DNA from: Octopus sinensis
Lineage: Eukaryota
NCBI RefSeq assembly: GCF_006345805.1
Contig: NC_042997.1
Location: 57,660,001-57,724,000, forward strand
Length of the DNA stretch: 64,000 nt
Direction: 5' to 3'
Positions 14,760 to 26,939 of the stretch are shown here, piece by piece (position 1 is the first letter of the stretch; each line of letters starts with the position of its first letter). The notes under the pieces are model-generated. The model was not told the origin of the DNA, did not search any database, and saw only the letters and a program-made list of their open reading frames with translations. The position numbers and the translations under genes are program-made.

Positions 14760-16130
14760 AATGATTCCATTTTGAGATTTCAAATATGGAATCAGCATCT
14801 CAAATACACCTCAGAAATCAAAGTCTAGATCTAATATATAAGGAGTTAAATGTTAGGGTTCACCCTAGATCTGTAATTTCAAATTATGAATGGATACAAC
14901 ATCTTGTAAAGGAACATGCTAACTTCAAAAGCAACAGAATACTTTTTTATCAATAAATTTTGTTAGAGATTACTTTAATTATGATTTATTCAAATCAATC
15001 AAAAATTTCTGAGTAGAGGCATAACAAGGATCTCAGTACCTGAGGGTGAAGTTAATTTTGCATCTCTGTCCAATTTAACATGTGTAAGAAACGAGAAAAA
15101 ATTTTGCACCCCTCCACACCTGTTCCTTGGTAGGGCGACTGCTCTCCCACCACCATGTCATGGATCTGGGTTTGAGGTATTATTGTTACCTGAATGACAG
15201 TATCAATTTGCATCTTCAAATAAACTGATCATTGTAGAAATTTTTAAGCCAATTTCACAAACACTTCTAGAATCTTCATTTTCAATTTTTTCAATTTCCT
15301 CAACAATTTAGTAGATTTATTGTCTGAAAGTAGTTCTTTTTAGGCATTTGCTAAAAACCTTTTGATGATACATTTTGGACAAGATTTATACTTGTTTCTA
15401 TCACTATGACACCATGACTGAAATCATCAAAATCACTATATTTTTTTTTTTTCTTGTCGATCATCTGAAATTTAGAAATTATTTCAAGCTGTTGAATGAC
15501 TTCAATGTATGCGCTAAGATTCACTTCATTTAAATAAAGATATTCTAAAGCTTTTAATACAATGTTCAAATGATTGTCATCAATGTCCTCATTCAATTCC
15601 AACTATCTTCTGCAGTATGTCCTTAAGTTCCATTTTCTTTTTACAATGCACAAAAACTTGCTGACTCACGTAATCTCAGACAATAACTTTGAATCATTTT
15701 GGCCAGATTTTTGAGGCAGTGATAAGAATCTGACTCTTTCAGTAACGATTAATTTCTTTTGGGAACGAATTAATAACAATCTCAGAGATTTCTTCGTATT
15801 GCTTGAATTTGTAGAGTAAATTAATTTCATCAACTTCCAGAGGCTTTGCCATTACAGAAACTTTTCTGGTGACGATCATACCAGCCTTTGATTAAACTAA
15901 ATCCATGTTTTGTTCCTTGTCAACCGTGTCCAAAAGACTTCTTTCTTTCTTTCTTTTTGTTCTTGCTGTAGCAGGAAAGCATCGCAGATAAACCTTTGTC
16001 TATTTGGGTCATCGCGTGGAAGTACCTTGTTAACCGGTGATGCCAGTGTCGTATCGTACAGTTTATGCAAGTACAACAATAGTAGATGCTTTACGTTCTT
16101 AAGATTTTTTCAACCGAATAACCAAATTCT
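14760..16130 (-). pseudogene. Unidentified decayed coding-like tract in RILPL intron 1
   Basis: Purine-rich, protein-like reading segments of 40-110 codons in changing frames (e.g. AGMIVTRKVSVMAKPLEVDEINLLYKFKQYEEISEIVINSFPKEINRY; NEDIDDNHLNIVLKALEYLYLNEVNLSAYIEVIQQLEIISKF) broken by TGA stops and indels; no family recognised. Confidence 0.3.
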
Positions 16131-17241
16131 GACATTGGATTAGGAACCACCTTTAGTTTTAATCGACATGTAAAACGCATGTAACACTACAGTAATATTA
16201 GCATAATAATGACATCACAAAAAAAGTAACTGAATGTACATATAGAAAATTAAATAAAACCAGACGGGTGTTGAAATTGTTGGCAGTGTGTAAGAGAGAT
16301 CGCATTTGACAGACAGATGTACAGAAAATGTGCAGGTAAAGAGCGGAACTGAAGAAACAAATCGGTTACATCCCATTCACCTTGATAAATGAACTATAAT
16401 GTTAATTTCACGAACAGTTAATTAACACAAGAAATAATTTGTCGTCAGTTATAGCAAACACGAAGAAAAGAAAAGGTGAAACTAAGCAGCAAAGAATGGA
16501 AAACATTTAGCGACCACGAACTGGACTTGATTAGGAATATATTTTCAGTTTTAAAAGCAGACACAATCATATAATTATATACATCAGAAGTATCGTATGT
16601 GTGTGTGTGTACACACACACACACGCGCGCGAATATGTCTCTGTATGTGAGTGTGGGCTTGTGTGCGCGTCATGGAAACGAATGTGTCGTTCCGACAGCA
16701 AAATTATTCTGAGAAAGGCATATTGAATTGAAACAATATGGGCATATATTTCCGTCTGATACAGTTGGCGGGGAACAAAAGTTGATTTTGGATATCCAAA
16801 ATCGACTTTGTTGCAAATTTGTAAAATTGATTGACTGATTAATTTTTTTAAAACAGAGGTTACTCTATTTAGCATCAGAGATACTGACTGAGAGAGAGAG
16901 TAAAAGGAAGGATGTATATTAAAATGGACTTGATAATAGAGATGTTGTCTGACTTATATAATTATCCTAGATACCCCTGACACCCACAGTGGTTGTACTA
17001 GCTGCTGCCAGGTTATGAAACATTTAAGACGACACGACTGTTTATGAAGTTGAGAAGTCAGTATCATACACAACAAATGTAAACAATCACGTTAGAGAAA
17101 TGAAAACATAATCGACCAGAAGAACAGGGAAAGAAAACCTTTCGCTTTACTCTTTTTAAAATTATAAGGTTTTGCAATTTGTTTACAGAACTAGGGGGCT
17201 CTTGATTATTAATTTTATAAATAATAAGCGTCAACACTCAC

Positions 17242-17586
17242 CCGTTCGTACCTGGCCCTCTCCTGAGCTTTTTCAAGTTTTTCGGCTTCTAACCTTGAAA
17301 TAGTGTATTTAAGGTCTCCTATTTCATTGTTTTCCTGTTCATAACGAATGGCTAGGGCTTCCAAAAGCTCAAGGGATCGTACGACTTTGTGCATAAGCCC
17401 TGTGATCGCCTCTGATCCATAGCAGTCTATCAACTTTTCAAGTTCTTTGCCAATGCCTGATGCCTGGTCATAAACGTCTGCAACGGAGATACCATAGCTA
17501 TTTTCAATACTAGACTCGCTAGACATCAGGAAATGTTCGTCGTTCATTCTAACTCTCCGAATGGTTTCAATTAAACAGGAATCCAT
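17242..17586 (-). CDS. RILPL1: RILP-like protein, first coding exon (RH1 domain), 115 codons; remaining exons not found in window
   Basis: Translation ISVADVYDQASGIGKELEKLIDCYGSEAITGLMHKVVRSLELLE matches the RILP/RILPL RH1 pattern (LTVMDVYDIAS..GHEFERVID..G.EAI..LMPKVVRVLE.LE) better than JIP3/4. It ends RARYER|GTGAGT with a phase-0 donor at 17241. The symbol is family-level; the start could also be the second Met. Confidence 0.9.
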
Positions 17587-17894
17587 CTAATTGACAAATA
17601 ATTTGGGCCTGTATACCACCACCCTAAATCGAGTCGTGGTATACAGCAGGAGCCCTTTGCGAGAATTATATATAAAAACAAGCTAATGTCAGACTTGGAA
17701 AAACTGATTCAATACAGTAGCACTATTGACGAGAGTAAGAGGGAGGATGTTCCCTCTTGACAGTTTTAGCGACAACTTTCCTTCGCTTCACTTCGGCACA
17801 ATTTAATCTTCGATCTCCATAGTTTCATTTAATCTTCCTCCTTTGACTCCTTCTCCTCTTACCATCATTAATGTTTTCCTCCCTTCTTCTCTCT

Positions 17895-17970
17895 TTATCC
17901 AATGTCCCGTCACCCTGCAAATGTCACGTGATAACAATTTTACGTCACTTCCGCGTTAGTAACAACCAGC
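17895..17970. promoter_or_regulatory. Putative RILPL promoter motif cluster in a CpG-retaining region
   Basis: CCAAT 17899-17903, GTCACGTGAT 17923-17932, TTACGTCA 17940-17947, CACTTCCG (ETS, reverse) 17946-17953, GTTAGTAAC 17955-17963; about 330 bp upstream of the ATG. Confidence 0.5.
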
Positions 17971-19029
17971 TGTCGTATGATTCATATAATTTCCCGGTTA
18001 TTAATACACCATATATTAAAACGAATGTGATAGAGATAGAATATAATATACGGATTACGAAAAATAAATAGACTAAAAATAATCTAAGACGTATTATACA
18101 CTCTGACACACCACCCACATTTGTTTATGCATTGGTAGTCATTTAGCGAGCTGGTTTCAATTCCCACTCCACTCATGCCCTTGATAAAAACATTCCCTTC
18201 TACAAATCTGAATCCATATAAAAAATTGATTTATATAGAGGGAAGTGAAATGGTCAGGTGAGTAAGTTATTGGACAATTGACTCAATTTCATGATTCATT
18301 TTGTGTTCGCTGCTAGAGAGCACTAGAGCTGATGAAACTGAGTTAGCTCTCTTCATCTTAAAAAAGGTGTCATACTCACAGAGGGATTTTAACAAGACCC
18401 TGAGAATCCAACTGGATGTCTCTTAAGGGGTCGACTGACCTACTAGAAATAGCAACCAAATCTCTTTCAAATTACACCCTACCGTATTAAGGACATATTG
18501 GATAATGTAGTCAGATATGCCCATAAAAAGACTGAGTGTTTATATCAGGAATACTTTTGACCATAACTGTTCAATAGTTTGACACGCTAAACAATAACGA
18601 GCGAGCCTCTACGTATTCATTCGGTCTGCTCGAAATAGTGACCAAATCTTACCCTATTGTCTTAAAAAAAAATCACATAGGATTACTTAGTACGTGTTAC
18701 ACCATTCGAAGGGTGCAAGAATGGTCGTGCCTGAAATGCTTTTGATTAAAGGTCAGTCCCTCTAAGCTTTATCAGAAACACTTGTCAGTTTACGCAACAA
18801 TCAAATGTTTAATCATATGATACCTATTTCCAAGCATTTGAAAGTGTTCACACAGACATGGCGCCATGACACTGTTTTGAACTGTGACTCTTTCCACTAG
18901 TGATCTCGTAACCTACTAAATGTGTTCATCTACATCTCTCATATAGAAAAAAAAAATTAAGTAGTAATTGTGTTTGGGGAGCACTATGCTCATCATCATC
19001 GCACGCGCGCGCACACACACACACACACA

Positions 19030-19250
19030 TCGTGGTCGTCGTCATCATCATCATCATCATCATTTAACGCCCGTTTTCCATGCTGGCATGGGTAGGACGA
19101 TTTGACAGGAACTGACTTTTCAGAAGACTGCACCAAGCTCTGCTGTCTGCTGTGACAGTTTCTACAACAGACTGCCCTTCCTAATGCTAAGCGCTTAACA
19201 GAGTATAGGTGCTTTTTATGTGGCACCAGCAGCTGTGAGGTCACCAAATA
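19030..19250 (-). mobile_element. RTE-tail SINE fragment with (ATG)n tail
   Basis: (cat)n-ttaacg..ttccatgctggcatggg motif shared with copies at 22000-22110, 25620, 38390, 49532 and 55692. Confidence 0.7.
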
Positions 19251-19663
19251 ACTTACGGCTTCTCAATTTGAGTGAGAAGCAGTACTGAGGGACAGAAAAG
19301 CTGTCTTGCATCAGAAGAGAAATACCTCAGATGGAGAGAGAAGAGAAAGATGGTGAAGATGTGACTGGGAGGGGTCAGGGGTCATACAGGGTGGTGTATA
19401 TAGTGAGTGGACTGGGAATTGGAGATGAGTAGGTAGGTGAGTTCACAAAATTTCAAAAGGCTAGTGAGTGCTAGAGGTGTGGGGATGTAATGAGTAGACA
19501 CTAGTAGAGAGCAGAAGATATTTAACAGGGACATACTGTGTGCAGGTAGGTAGGTTGATATGAAAGGAAGGGGAAAACAATGACCTCTGTGAGGCTCAAC
19601 ATCTGAAGGTCACTTCTCGTCACTTCATCCGATATCTTCCTGGGTTTTCCTGTTATACATACA

Positions 19664-20050
19664 CTAGCAGTATCGCCCGGCGTTGCTCGGGTTTGTTTCG
19701 ACCCTTTAGAATTGGAATTTTTGAAAAGTAAAAATCTTGCATTATGTAGCTTGTTATTCTCTTTAAGTGAACATTTTTCTGGTTGAAATACACCAAAAAA
19801 TGGTGACACAGCAGTCAAAAAAATCGTAAAAAATAGGGATTTTCATAGAAAAAAAAGCACCTTTTTGATGTAAATAATTTTTGGTGTTAACATGGTCCAA
19901 TTTGAATTTTATCTTCTAAGGAATGAAGAGCAAGCCTTCTTCTATCATACTCTCAATTTTGGTCAACTTGTGCTGCAGGGTCTCAGAGGAGATAGTGTTA
20001 GTTGAAGGCTACCAAACCTGCCACACACAGACAACTTCAGCTTTATATAT
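19664..20050 (-). mobile_element. Non-autonomous Helitron-like element
   Basis: Minus-strand 3' end cccgagcaacgccggg hairpin followed by CTAG (19667-19664) and T; 5' end merges with (TA)n. Confidence 0.55.
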
Positions 20051-20391
20051 ACATATATATTCATATATATATATATATATATGTTTTCAATTTTTTTTCT
20101 CTTGTTGTCTGCGTGTTTAACTTGTTTGTTTTTGTACTTCATGCTGTTTACAGGTGGTGGCTTCCTGTACCCATATGTGCATATATATATAGATATAGAT
20201 ATAGATAGATAGTATAATCAGCTGAAATTGCGAGGATAATCTGATGCTTGACTGAGGAAAGAAAACTTCGAATGACCTGTCCTGGTTTTCTTTGTATCAT
20301 CTATCTGGATGTTTAGTTGTCCCATTTTTGTATCACCTAGCTATCCGGATGTTTTGCTTTCTTGTCCCACTTTGTATTTATATATATATAT

Positions 20392-22506
20392 AGCAAGAAA
20401 AAAGCAACAAAAATGGATCAATATCGCCAGCCTCATCTGGCACCTGTGTCGGTGGCACATAAAAACACCATCCGAAGACCCGGCAAGACTAGTCAGGCCA
20501 TAACCCGTGACCCCTACCTGGGACGTAGTCAGTCCACCTGTGCATACCTTCCTTCTTGTGACACTTGTGAAGACCTGTTGAGGCAAGTAAAAATCAAATC
20601 AAAACAAATCAAAATAGATGAACATCAATGGAATTTGTATCTTTGTGGTACCAGTGCCGGTGGCACACAAGAAAACCATCCGAACTTGGCGGTAGCCAGT
20701 ACCGCATCGATTGGCTTCCGTGCTGTGGGCATGTAGTACCGCATCGATTGGCTTCCGTGCTGTGGGCACGTAACAAACACCATCCAATCGTGGCCGTTCG
20801 CCAGCCTCATCTGGCACCTGTGTCGGTGGCACATAACACCATCCGAAGACCCGGCAAGACTAGTCAGGCCATAACCTGTGGCCCCTACCTGGGACGTAGT
20901 CAGTCCACCTGTGCATACCTTCCTTCTTGTGACACTTGTGAAGACCTGTTGAGGCAAGTGAAAATCAACAAATCAAAAAATCAAAATCAAAACAAATCAA
21001 AATAGATGAACATCAATGGAATTTGTATCTCTGTGGTACCAGTGCCGGTGGTACACAAGAAAACCATCCGAACGTGGCCGTAACCAGTACCACATCGACA
21101 GGCCCCCGTGCTGTGGGAACATAACAAACACCATCCGATCGTGGCCGTTCGCCAGCCTCATCTGGCACCTGTGTCGGTGGCACATAAAAACACCATCCGA
21201 AGACCCGGCAAGACTAGTCAGGCCATAACCCGTGGCCCCTACCTGGGACGTAGTCAGTCCACCTGTGCATACCTTCCTTCTTATGACACTTGTGAAGACC
21301 TGTGAAGACCTGTTGAGGCAAGTGATAATCAAATCAAATCAAAACAAATCAAAATCGATGAACATCAATGGAATTTGTATCTTTGTGGTACCAGTGCCGG
21401 TGGCACACAAGAAAACCATCCGAACGTGGCGGTAGCCAGTACCACATTGACTGGCCTCTGTGCTGTGGGCACGTAACAAACACCATCCGATCGTGGCCGT
21501 TCGCCAGCCTCATCTGGCACCTGTGACGGTGGCACATAAAAACACCATCCGAAGACCCGGCAAGACTAGTCAGGCCATAACCCGTGGCCCCTACCTGGGA
21601 CGTAGTCAGTCCACCTGTGCATACCTTCCTTCTTATGACACTTGTGAAGACCTGTTGAGGCAAGTGAAAATCAAAAAATCAAAAAATCAAAATCGATGAA
21701 CATCAATGGAATTTGTATCTTTGTGGTACCAGTGCCGGTGGCACACAAGAAAACCATCCGAACGTGGCGGTAGCCAGTACCGCATCGACTGGCCTCCGTG
21801 CTGTGGGCACGTAACAAACACCATCCGATCGTGGTCGTCTGCCAGCCTCGTCTGGCACCTGTGTCGGTGGCACATAAAAAACACCATCCGAGCGTGGCCG
21901 TTCGCCAGCCTCGTCTGGCACCTGTGTCGGTGGCACATAAAATCACCCACTACACTCTCGGAGTGGTTGGCGTTAGGAAGGGCATCCAGCTGTAGAAACA
22001 CTGCCAGATCTGACTGGCCTGGTGCAGCCTTCGAGCTCCCCAGACCCCAGTTGAACCGTCCAACCCATGCTAGCATGGAAAGCGGACGTTAAATGATGAT
22101 GATGATGATGATATCGGTACAATTGTTTCGTATGAAGACCACCTTTATTATGGCTGCAAATATTGCAGCAAATACGTGTGACCCGTACTCATCAGCCGAA
22201 AAAACATCTGAGTTCTCAAAACATCTAAGGGGGTGAGGCTACACTCATGAAACATTAGGGATAGTTCTATAAAAATCAAATTTAGATAATAAACTGACTT
22301 CCAGTTCTGATTTTTATAGAACTATCCCTAATGTTTCATGACTGTAGCCTCACCCCTTTAGATGTTTTGAGAACTCAGATGTTTTTTCGGCTGATGAGTA
22401 CGGGTCACGTGTATTTGCTGCAATATTTGCAGCCATAATAAAGGTGGTCTTTGTACGAAACAATTGTACCGAAATATTGATCCATTTTTGTTGCTTTTTT
22501 CTTGCT
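20392..22506. mobile_element. Foldback (almost fully palindromic) MITE of about 425 bp, interrupted by a retroelement
   Basis: Left arm 20392-20426 plus 22117-22278, 29-nt loop, right arm 22308-22506; the arms differ by about 6 substitutions and a 2-bp indel; TA-rich flanks. Confidence 0.9.
20427..22110 (+). mobile_element. 5'-truncated RTE-LINE 3'-end insertion carrying a tandem array of about 340-390-bp units
   Basis: gatgaacatcaatgg recurs at 20617, 21005, 21357 and 21695; ends in the canonical aacccatgctagcatggaaagcggacgttaaa(tga)n tail; TSD ATATCG at 20421-20426 and 22111-22116. Confidence 0.9.
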
Positions 22507-22622
22507 TATAATCACCCCGCATTATCTTATGGCTAATACCGTATAGATTTCTGGTGCATCTAAGTTAAGTACCTCATTCATGTGAATTCAACAGAACTCA
22601 CTTGAATCTTAATTGCTTTTAC

Positions 22623-22664
<42 letters not shown>

Positions 22665-25616
22665 CTTATATTATTATATATAATACAGATGGATTAATAT
22701 TTAAATGTAATTTGTTATGTTAATCATCAACATCTGGGAGAAGTGGCATGGCTAAGTATGTGAACATATTTTAAAAGGCACAGACGGGGTTGGATTGTTA
22801 AGAAATTATCTTCACAATAATGAGGTTCAGTCCTAGTATATAACACCTTCTACCATTGTCTAAAGAGAACCTCACACTTATGACTGAAACTGAAAGGACA
22901 GAGGTTATGTGAAAGCCAATCAAATAGCCTGTATCAGTGATAATGGGCCTCACCCTGTCATATAGTGTTATGCTGATTGTGCTTCAATATTATGTTCAGG
23001 ACGGTTGTCCCCTTTATTTCATACGAGTTGTTGCCCTTGGTTCAAGCAGAACCTTTCACAGTTGAAGCAATGCCTTTAATCCTAGTATGACAAGAAATAT
23101 TATTTCTGGTACAGTTTGCTGTCGTGCATTTGGATTCAATGGCTAATTTCATCAATATGGAAGTTTATACAGAATGAAAACAAGACTTAAGAATATGGGT
23201 AATATATTCTTATGCTCTTTGTCCAAAAACAAAACAAAGAGCTGCTGGGGCCCTCTCTAATATACATGAATGTTTACGTGACCTAACAACCACTGACATT
23301 GGACTAAAGACATTGGACTGATGAGCTTGCCAAGATTTATCATTCTTTAAGATTACATTACAAGAGCATAAATGGCATTAAAGAATTATATTCTTACAAA
23401 TGACCTTCAGTTACAAATCTGAATGGCTTCCTCATTTAGTAAAAGTATTTTTTATCAAAGACTAACCTTAACCTACTTTTGTATATATGTCCAGAATTGC
23501 AGGTGTGGAAGCTGAAGAGATGTAACAATGGGCTGAATGGTATAAGGTCATGCAAATACTGATCAAATTGTGAGGTGTAGTGTGTGTTTATGACAATCCT
23601 TTATTTCTCTGGCTGCAAGTAACTTATAGTATTTCTATGGAAATGAATTACCACATGAGAAGGATATATGATTACTGTAGTAAAAAAAGAAATTTAAAGT
23701 AGGAACTCATGAGAGTGGAATAGTCAAGCATTTAAAGTTAAACGTTATTCAATTCAAGATTTATGCATATCATCCATACCTTCAATAGAAATAAAGAAAG
23801 GAAGGTCAGCCGGTCAGATGATATGATTATCAACACAGACTTGTCCAAATCTATTATTTGATGTTTGTAGAATGGATAATACTGAAAAACATCCCAAAGT
23901 AAGCTGTTTGAATCTTATAAAGCATTATCAAAGCTTATATCTAAGAGATGTTCCATATAATATTTAACTTAGGAAAGCATTCAGATCTGAATATTATCTG
24001 CTCTTCTAGGCCAGTGAGCTGGCAGAATTGTTAGCATGCTGGGCTAAATGCTTAGCAACATTTCGTCCATCTGTATGTTCTAAGCTCAAATTCCACTGAG
24101 GCTGATTTTGCCTTTCATCCTTTCAGGGTCGATAAAATAAATACCAGTTGAACTCTGGGATCAAAGTAATCATCTGACCACCCTCTCTCTCTCTCTAGCT
24201 TACTGGGCTTGTACCAAAATTTGAAAACAATATTTGCTCTTTTGATGACATTTATGTCATCTTAGAGGATGGGTCTTTATAAGGTGGTTTTATCATAATT
24301 TGTTGGAAAAAAGAACAAGATGGCTCCAATTTGTTGGTCACTTAAAAAAACAAAGTCTTTTAGTTTCAAAGACTCTTGCACTCAGTGAAGTAGTAGTGAT
24401 GCTAGTTTCTAAGTGGCTGCTATGATACAGCAGATTTTTCCGCTGTCCAGATTATGTGATGTACTTTGTGAAATTGGCAATTTATCATTTATAGAGTCCT
24501 TAAAGTTATCTATTCTTGTTAGTAATTGTCATCTTAGAGGTGATGTAATAAAATTAAAAGAAATGATGATCATCAAGGAAGTTAAGTTAAAATTGACCAG
24601 AAGTCATGGACAGATTTCAGATCAACTTCCTCTAAAATTTTGAGACAAACTGAATTATTACTGTTTATTTTTTCGTAGCACCACTTCAAATAATATGTTT
24701 GGGAACTTTGGATATTTGTAGTTTGGGGAATTTTCCGTCGAAGGCATTGCTTAAACATGGAACTCTATTTGAAGTGTTATACGATGTTTTGTGAGAACTA
24801 GCAGTGGAAACTAAAAACCTGAGGAGACTAGCGAAGTTGATACGAGGTTGTCTCCCTTGTATAAATTACAACGCATGCAGTGAACTGTTGGAGAGTAATA
24901 GTTTTCAAAAACGTAAATGTTAATTGTTGAGATGTGTAAAAATATGATATGAGATATTATATGATTTGAAGAGTTTGAAGCCTTCCTTTGCTAATATATT
25001 ACTACTTTAATAGTTGGCAGTTTCAGCGATCGAATAACTGAACATCTGTTTATTAAAACTGGGGATTCATTCATTCACTACATTTCATTTTTCATGTAAA
25101 ATGATTTTCTTGGTTATATAACTTTATAGTTCACCCACAGAGTTTAACTACGAATTTAATACTCAAATAACTCACTGAAAAAGGGAAATTTAAAAATAAA
25201 ATGTTATGTTTTCCTTAGTGATCATTAATATATCAGGGTCTCTGTTTGCCTTTGTGTCTGTGTTTGTCTCTCCATCACAGCTTGACAACCAATGTTGGTG
25301 TGTTTATGTCCCCTTAACTTAATGGTTCAGCAAAAAGAGCCCAATAGAATAAGTACCAGGCTTTAAAAAACGTACTGGAATCAATTCATTTGACTTAAAA
25401 TTCACGGCGGTGCCCCAGCATGGCCGCAGTCTAATGACTGAAACAAGTAAAAGATAAAAGAAAATATTAAATATATATTTATTTCTTTATTTTTATTTTA
25501 TTATGTATTTAGATATTGGAAAAGTACATGTGTCTTTTTGCTTTTCCTTACCTTACTTACAAAAACAGATTCAACCTACTTTATGCTTGAGAGAATAGTA
25601 ACAACAAAGAAACTAA

Positions 25617-26405
25617 ATCATCATCATCATTATCGTTGTTGTTGTTGTTTAACATTCACCTTCCATGCTGGCATGGGTTGGACGGTTTGACTGAGGACTG
25701 GCAAACTTTGAGAGTGCCTTGGGCACTTTTTCCTTGCCACCAGCATGGGAGCCAGTCAGGTGGGACTGGCATTGGCTGCACTTGAACGGTGCTTTTTACA
25801 TGCTAGTGGCACAGGTGCCAGTCAGGTGGCACTGGTGTTGGCCATGCTCAAATGATGCTTTTTATGTGCCACTGGCACAGGTACAAGTAATGTAGCGCTG
25901 GCATCGGTCATGCTCAAATGGTGCTTTTTATGTGTCAGGCAGCACTGGCATCGGCCATGACCACGATTTCACTTGGTTCAGCAGGTCTTCACAGGCACAG
26001 CATATTGCCTGATGATTGAAGGATGCTTTTAAACAGGACAGTTATTCAACACTGGCATTGGCCACAACTACAATATCACTTGGCTTGCCAGGTCTTCTCA
26101 AGCACAACATATCTCCAACAGTCTCGGTCGCTTATCATTACCTCTGTGAGGCCCAACATTCGAAGGTTGTACTTCACCACCTCATCCCATGTCTTCCTGG
26201 GTCTACATCTTCCACAAGTTCCCACCACTGTTAGGATGTAACACTTCACACAGCTGTCCTCATCCATATGCAACACATGACCATATCAGTGCAGTCATCC
26301 GTCTCTCTTGCACACCACATCTGAAGCTTCTTATATTCAGCTTTTCTCTCAGGGCACTTACACTCTGTTGAGTATGCACACTGACATTACACATCCAACA
26401 GAGCA
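25617..26405 (-). mobile_element. RTE-clade LINE 3' fragment (ORF end plus 3' UTR)
   Basis: MDEDSCVK...GRCRPRKTWDEVVKYNLRMLGLTEVM...LEKTWQAK* followed by the same 3' UTR and (GAT)n tail. Confidence 0.85.
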
Positions 26406-26815
26406 TATACAAAAATAGCTGTAAACACTAAAAATTTTAAATTGATTGAAAAAATAATAAAACTAAATTAATAAAAATAAAATAAAAAATAAAACTAGAC
26501 AGGTTTATCTCAATAAATCCACATTCCTTATAAATCTATATTATTTTCCAATTTTCCACAAGCAGCACAGGTCACTCCAGTAGAAAGTTTCTATTTTAGA
26601 TATTATGTATAATTGTTCTTCAATTATACATGCTATCTAAAATAGAAACTCAAGACAATCAATACATCTCTCACAAAATGTCTAATCCAACATGTTTACT
26701 TACAGCTAAAATAGGGCATAGAAAGGAATACATTTATTTTCTCAATTAGATATTGTTGCTTAAATAATGACATGATCAAGTCTTCAGAGGCTGCATTCAT
26801 GCTTATAATAAATTA

Positions 26816-26865
<50 letters not shown>

Positions 26866-26902
26866 CATGTATGATATGTGTGAATAAAGCTCATGTGTGT
26901 GC

Positions 26903-26931
<29 letters not shown>

Positions 26932-26939
<8 letters not shown>

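Noticed and set aside
20250-20280. CTGAGGAaagaaaacttCGAAT hammerhead-like string
   Set aside because: GAAT instead of GAAA, no G10.1-C11.1 pair, and no evident helix I/III
20341-22092. Cluster of about 20 overlapping 65-129 aa ORFs on both strands
   Set aside because: All arise from the GC-richer tandem RTE 3' UTR units; they recur with the repeat period and have no domain-like content. The array is not a CRISPR array because the units are 340-390 bp with no unique spacers.
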